Source: Balanoglossus misakiensis (taxonomy: Eukaryota > Animalia > Hemichordata). Taken from it: a stretch of DNA of 64,000 nucleotides. A program made the translations under genes and the position numbers. Under the pieces are notes generated by a model. The model made no database searches. It saw nothing but the letters and a program-made list of their open reading frames with translations, and was not told the origin of the DNA. Where the stretch lies: assembly GCA_040954595.2 (NCBI GenBank), contig CM082586.2, forward strand, positions 4,285,125-4,349,124, given 5' to 3'. Positions within the stretch are counted from its first letter, which is position 1. Each line of letters starts with the position of its first letter. Below, piece by piece: positions 61,379 to 64,000 of this stretch.

Positions 61379-64000
61379 TGGATACAATTTGTTGCAAAAA
61401 AGAGTCATGTAGTTTTGAGTAAGATGGGTTTCGATTGGTGGGACCGTGACTCTGGTATGTCCAGTACATTATGTCGATTCTAATTTCTTTTTATACAGAT
61501 GGAACTCATTACAAATAGATTAATTTTAGTCAGCTATTAATTTTATTTGAACTTTGAAGTCTAATGTTCACTCTTGAATTACATATTGAATGTTTGTGAC
61601 AATTTCCAGACCTACACCAAAATTTAATGTTCTAATCCAGCTTTTGTGTAGTATTTGTATACCCCCTACCTGTCCAGTGAAATTGAAACGTTTAATATAT
61701 AATAAGCATTACTTTGTATTGCGAGATGCATTGTTGTTAAAAGTTAAAATTTTGTAAGAATTTGACTTTTGTGTAAATAAGTATTAATCACCGCTTTTGC
61801 ATAAACAGTGTCAAGTAAATACTCTAGTGTTAATTAAAATCAGTTGACAACACAGAATTAACAACTTTATGTTCGTGACATTTTAAAATTTGAGCTGTGA
61901 GCCTCATCCACATATATATCAATGCTTGATGTATAGCAAGTTCATTCTTTTTCAACTTTTATCAGAGTTTTACTTTATGAGCGACTTTATCATTCTGCGT
62001 AACTATAGCTTTGCTGTAGATACAAAGTTGAATTTGTTGTAGTGACAATAGGTGATATATAACACTTGTCTTAAATCTGTAGGCTGATTATATCTCAATA
62101 AATAAGAATATATTCCAGCAAAATATGTATTTGTAGTGTATGCGGTACAATAGGATGAATTTTGTGACTGTATAAAGTGTATTGGTATAACACATACAAT
62201 CCCACAAACTTTGTGTTACAAATGTTATTGGATAATTAAAGGTCTTTGATTAATGTGTGAGAAATGTTATCCAATGGTGTAATGTGTGAAGACAAAGATT
62301 CTCCAACTTAATTATAAGTTCATAGTAGTGAAATAGGCATTGGTGACTTTTACACACAGCATGTGAAAGGTGTTGATGCCAAAACTATCCTCAGGAGAAA
62401 ACCAGCAAAGCTATCACGGACCCACAGCCAACCCCCAAAACAGCAATAACTATCCAGTCTCCCTCATGTGCAAATTAGTGCTTTTTACATTTCCTTTTCA
62501 CAAGCCCCCTTTTCAGTGAAACATCCATCTTGAATCAGATTGCAAGTTGTGTTAATAATGTGTGTGGTTTGGTTTGTCCAATATTTCTTTCCTACAGGGA
62601 TATTTCATGAAGCCAACAGTGGTGACGGGATTGTCCGACAATTCACGCTGTATGCAAGAAGAGATCTTTGGTCCAGTGGTCTGCATTACACCGTTTGACA
62701 ATGAGAAAGAGGTCAGTCTGTCTGGGTCATTGACTTTTTATCTAGGGTTAGTGAGTGGGTGGACCCCAAACTGGCCTGGACTGCACAACTATCTTGTTTA
62801 GTTGGATGATGTATTGTTGCCATTTTAATGATAAAATTTGGAAACTATTTGCCATATCAGAGTAGTGACTAAAGGTACTTGATTTTGTAGGCAGTTCTGT
62901 GTTGTACAAACAATTATCATATCTCTTGATACCTGCATGTGTGTGTAGATGGGTGCATTGGTATTTGCATGACTAGGCAGATGAGCGCTCATGTAACCTT
63001 TGACCCTTTCTACCTGTCAGGTGATCGAGAGGGCCAATGGTGTCAAGTATGGCCTGTCGGCCTGTGTTTGGACAAGTGACGTCGGAAAGACTCACCGAGT
63101 GGCACAGAAACTACATGTGAGTATTATTCACTGGCTGTTTATTTATCATGCTTCATCAACATAAAAACGTGCAAATGGTATTTAAATTATAAGCATATTT
63201 CGCAAGAGAGGATTTTGACCGCGAGTTGCCATTTTTCGCCAAGACGTGTTTCCTACATCAAGTGTCGGTATGAGACACTGTGAATAACCAAGGAGTGTGT
63301 GAGATTTAAATGCACTTATTGTCCCTAAAAGTAACTGGCATATTTTTTTATATCCAGGCCGGAACTGTATGGGCCAACTGTTGGTTTATCCGGGATCTGA
63401 ATATGCCATTCGGTGGAATGAAGTCCTCGGGAGTAGGCCGGGAAGGAGGCAAAGATTCCGTGGACTTCTACACAGAAGAAAAGGTCATCTGCATCAAGAT
63501 GTACAATCATGGGAAGATGATGTGGAAAATTTTAAAATAGTACAGATAACCAATTCATTGTACATTGAAGACAGTTACTTCAACGTTAAAATAAAGTATA
63601 GATACTGAATTAAAATTATGTGATGGGATAGGGGTTCAAGTTATGTTTGGTGAAATATATGGTTTTTAAAAAATAATGTGAGTACATGTAACATGCATTG
63701 TTACCTTAATAAAGTTTGTTGAACACACTACCGTTATTAATTCAATTTTTTCATGTAAGTGTAAGGTCAGTGTCCCATAAATTTCATCCCTGTTAACTAC
63801 CAGCTGCCACACATGCACATCAGCTGTGCACTATGAATAAAACTGTCCAGATAAGGTTCAAAATAGCATACCATTGTTAAAGAAATGGCAATGGCCACAC
63901 TTTGAGGTCACTTTGCTGACCTAATGCATAGATGAGCTACCCAAATAAGTGACCTAGGTTGTTTTGGATTTCACAAAGTTGGCAACTACTGGGTCACGTT

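Larger units (their letters stand above)
55624..63504 (+). pseudogene. ALDH8A1: ALDH8A1 pseudogene copy 3 (exons 2-9 only)
   Basis: No exon 1; shares the TGA insertion (~55652), 1-nt deletion and TAG-creating insertion (~56054) with copy 2; additional indels at ~55805 and ~56070-56130; stop TAG>TAC at ~63502. Confidence 0.92.
34576..64000 (+). repeat. Tandem segmental triplication, period ~10.2-10.8 kb; units start at 34576, 44764 and 55417, and unit 3 runs off the window
   Basis: Exons, introns and intergenic DNA align collinearly; TRIM ATGs at 37324, 48091, 58709. Confidence 0.96.

Noticed and set aside
44764-64000. Triplication as uncollapsed haplotypes (assembly artefact)
   Set aside because: There are three distinct copies, precise transposon-defined junctions and lesions shared by units 2-3; long-read confirmation is still desirable

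Overview
Intron-rich animal genomic DNA; the gene content and repeats suggest a marine invertebrate deuterostome, but that is inference. Left half: a THEG-family gene (-), a 3-exon Cas1p-domain O-acetyltransferase that resembles plant RWA proteins more than animal CASD1 (+), and a complete ~21 kb UBR5/hyd HECT ligase gene (-) head-to-head with ALDH8A1 (+). Right half: a ~10.7 kb unit repeated three times in tandem. Each unit is ALDH8A1 with an intronless TRIM gene nested on the same strand in intron 6. The TRIM reads RING-Bbox-Bbox-coiled coil-predicted transmembrane helix-two filamin/Ig repeats (each with RGD)-NHL propeller, i.e. it looks like a receptor-type membrane E3 ligase. Differences between copies concentrate at the NHL top-face loop positions while the stalk is identical. 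Host and passenger decayed reciprocally: unit 1 has intact ALDH8A1 and a truncated TRIM, while units 2-3 have ALDH8A1 pseudogenes and intact TRIMs. Both duplication junctions fall exactly on a PIF/Harbinger-like element with TTA on each side. All alignments and counts were done by eye.
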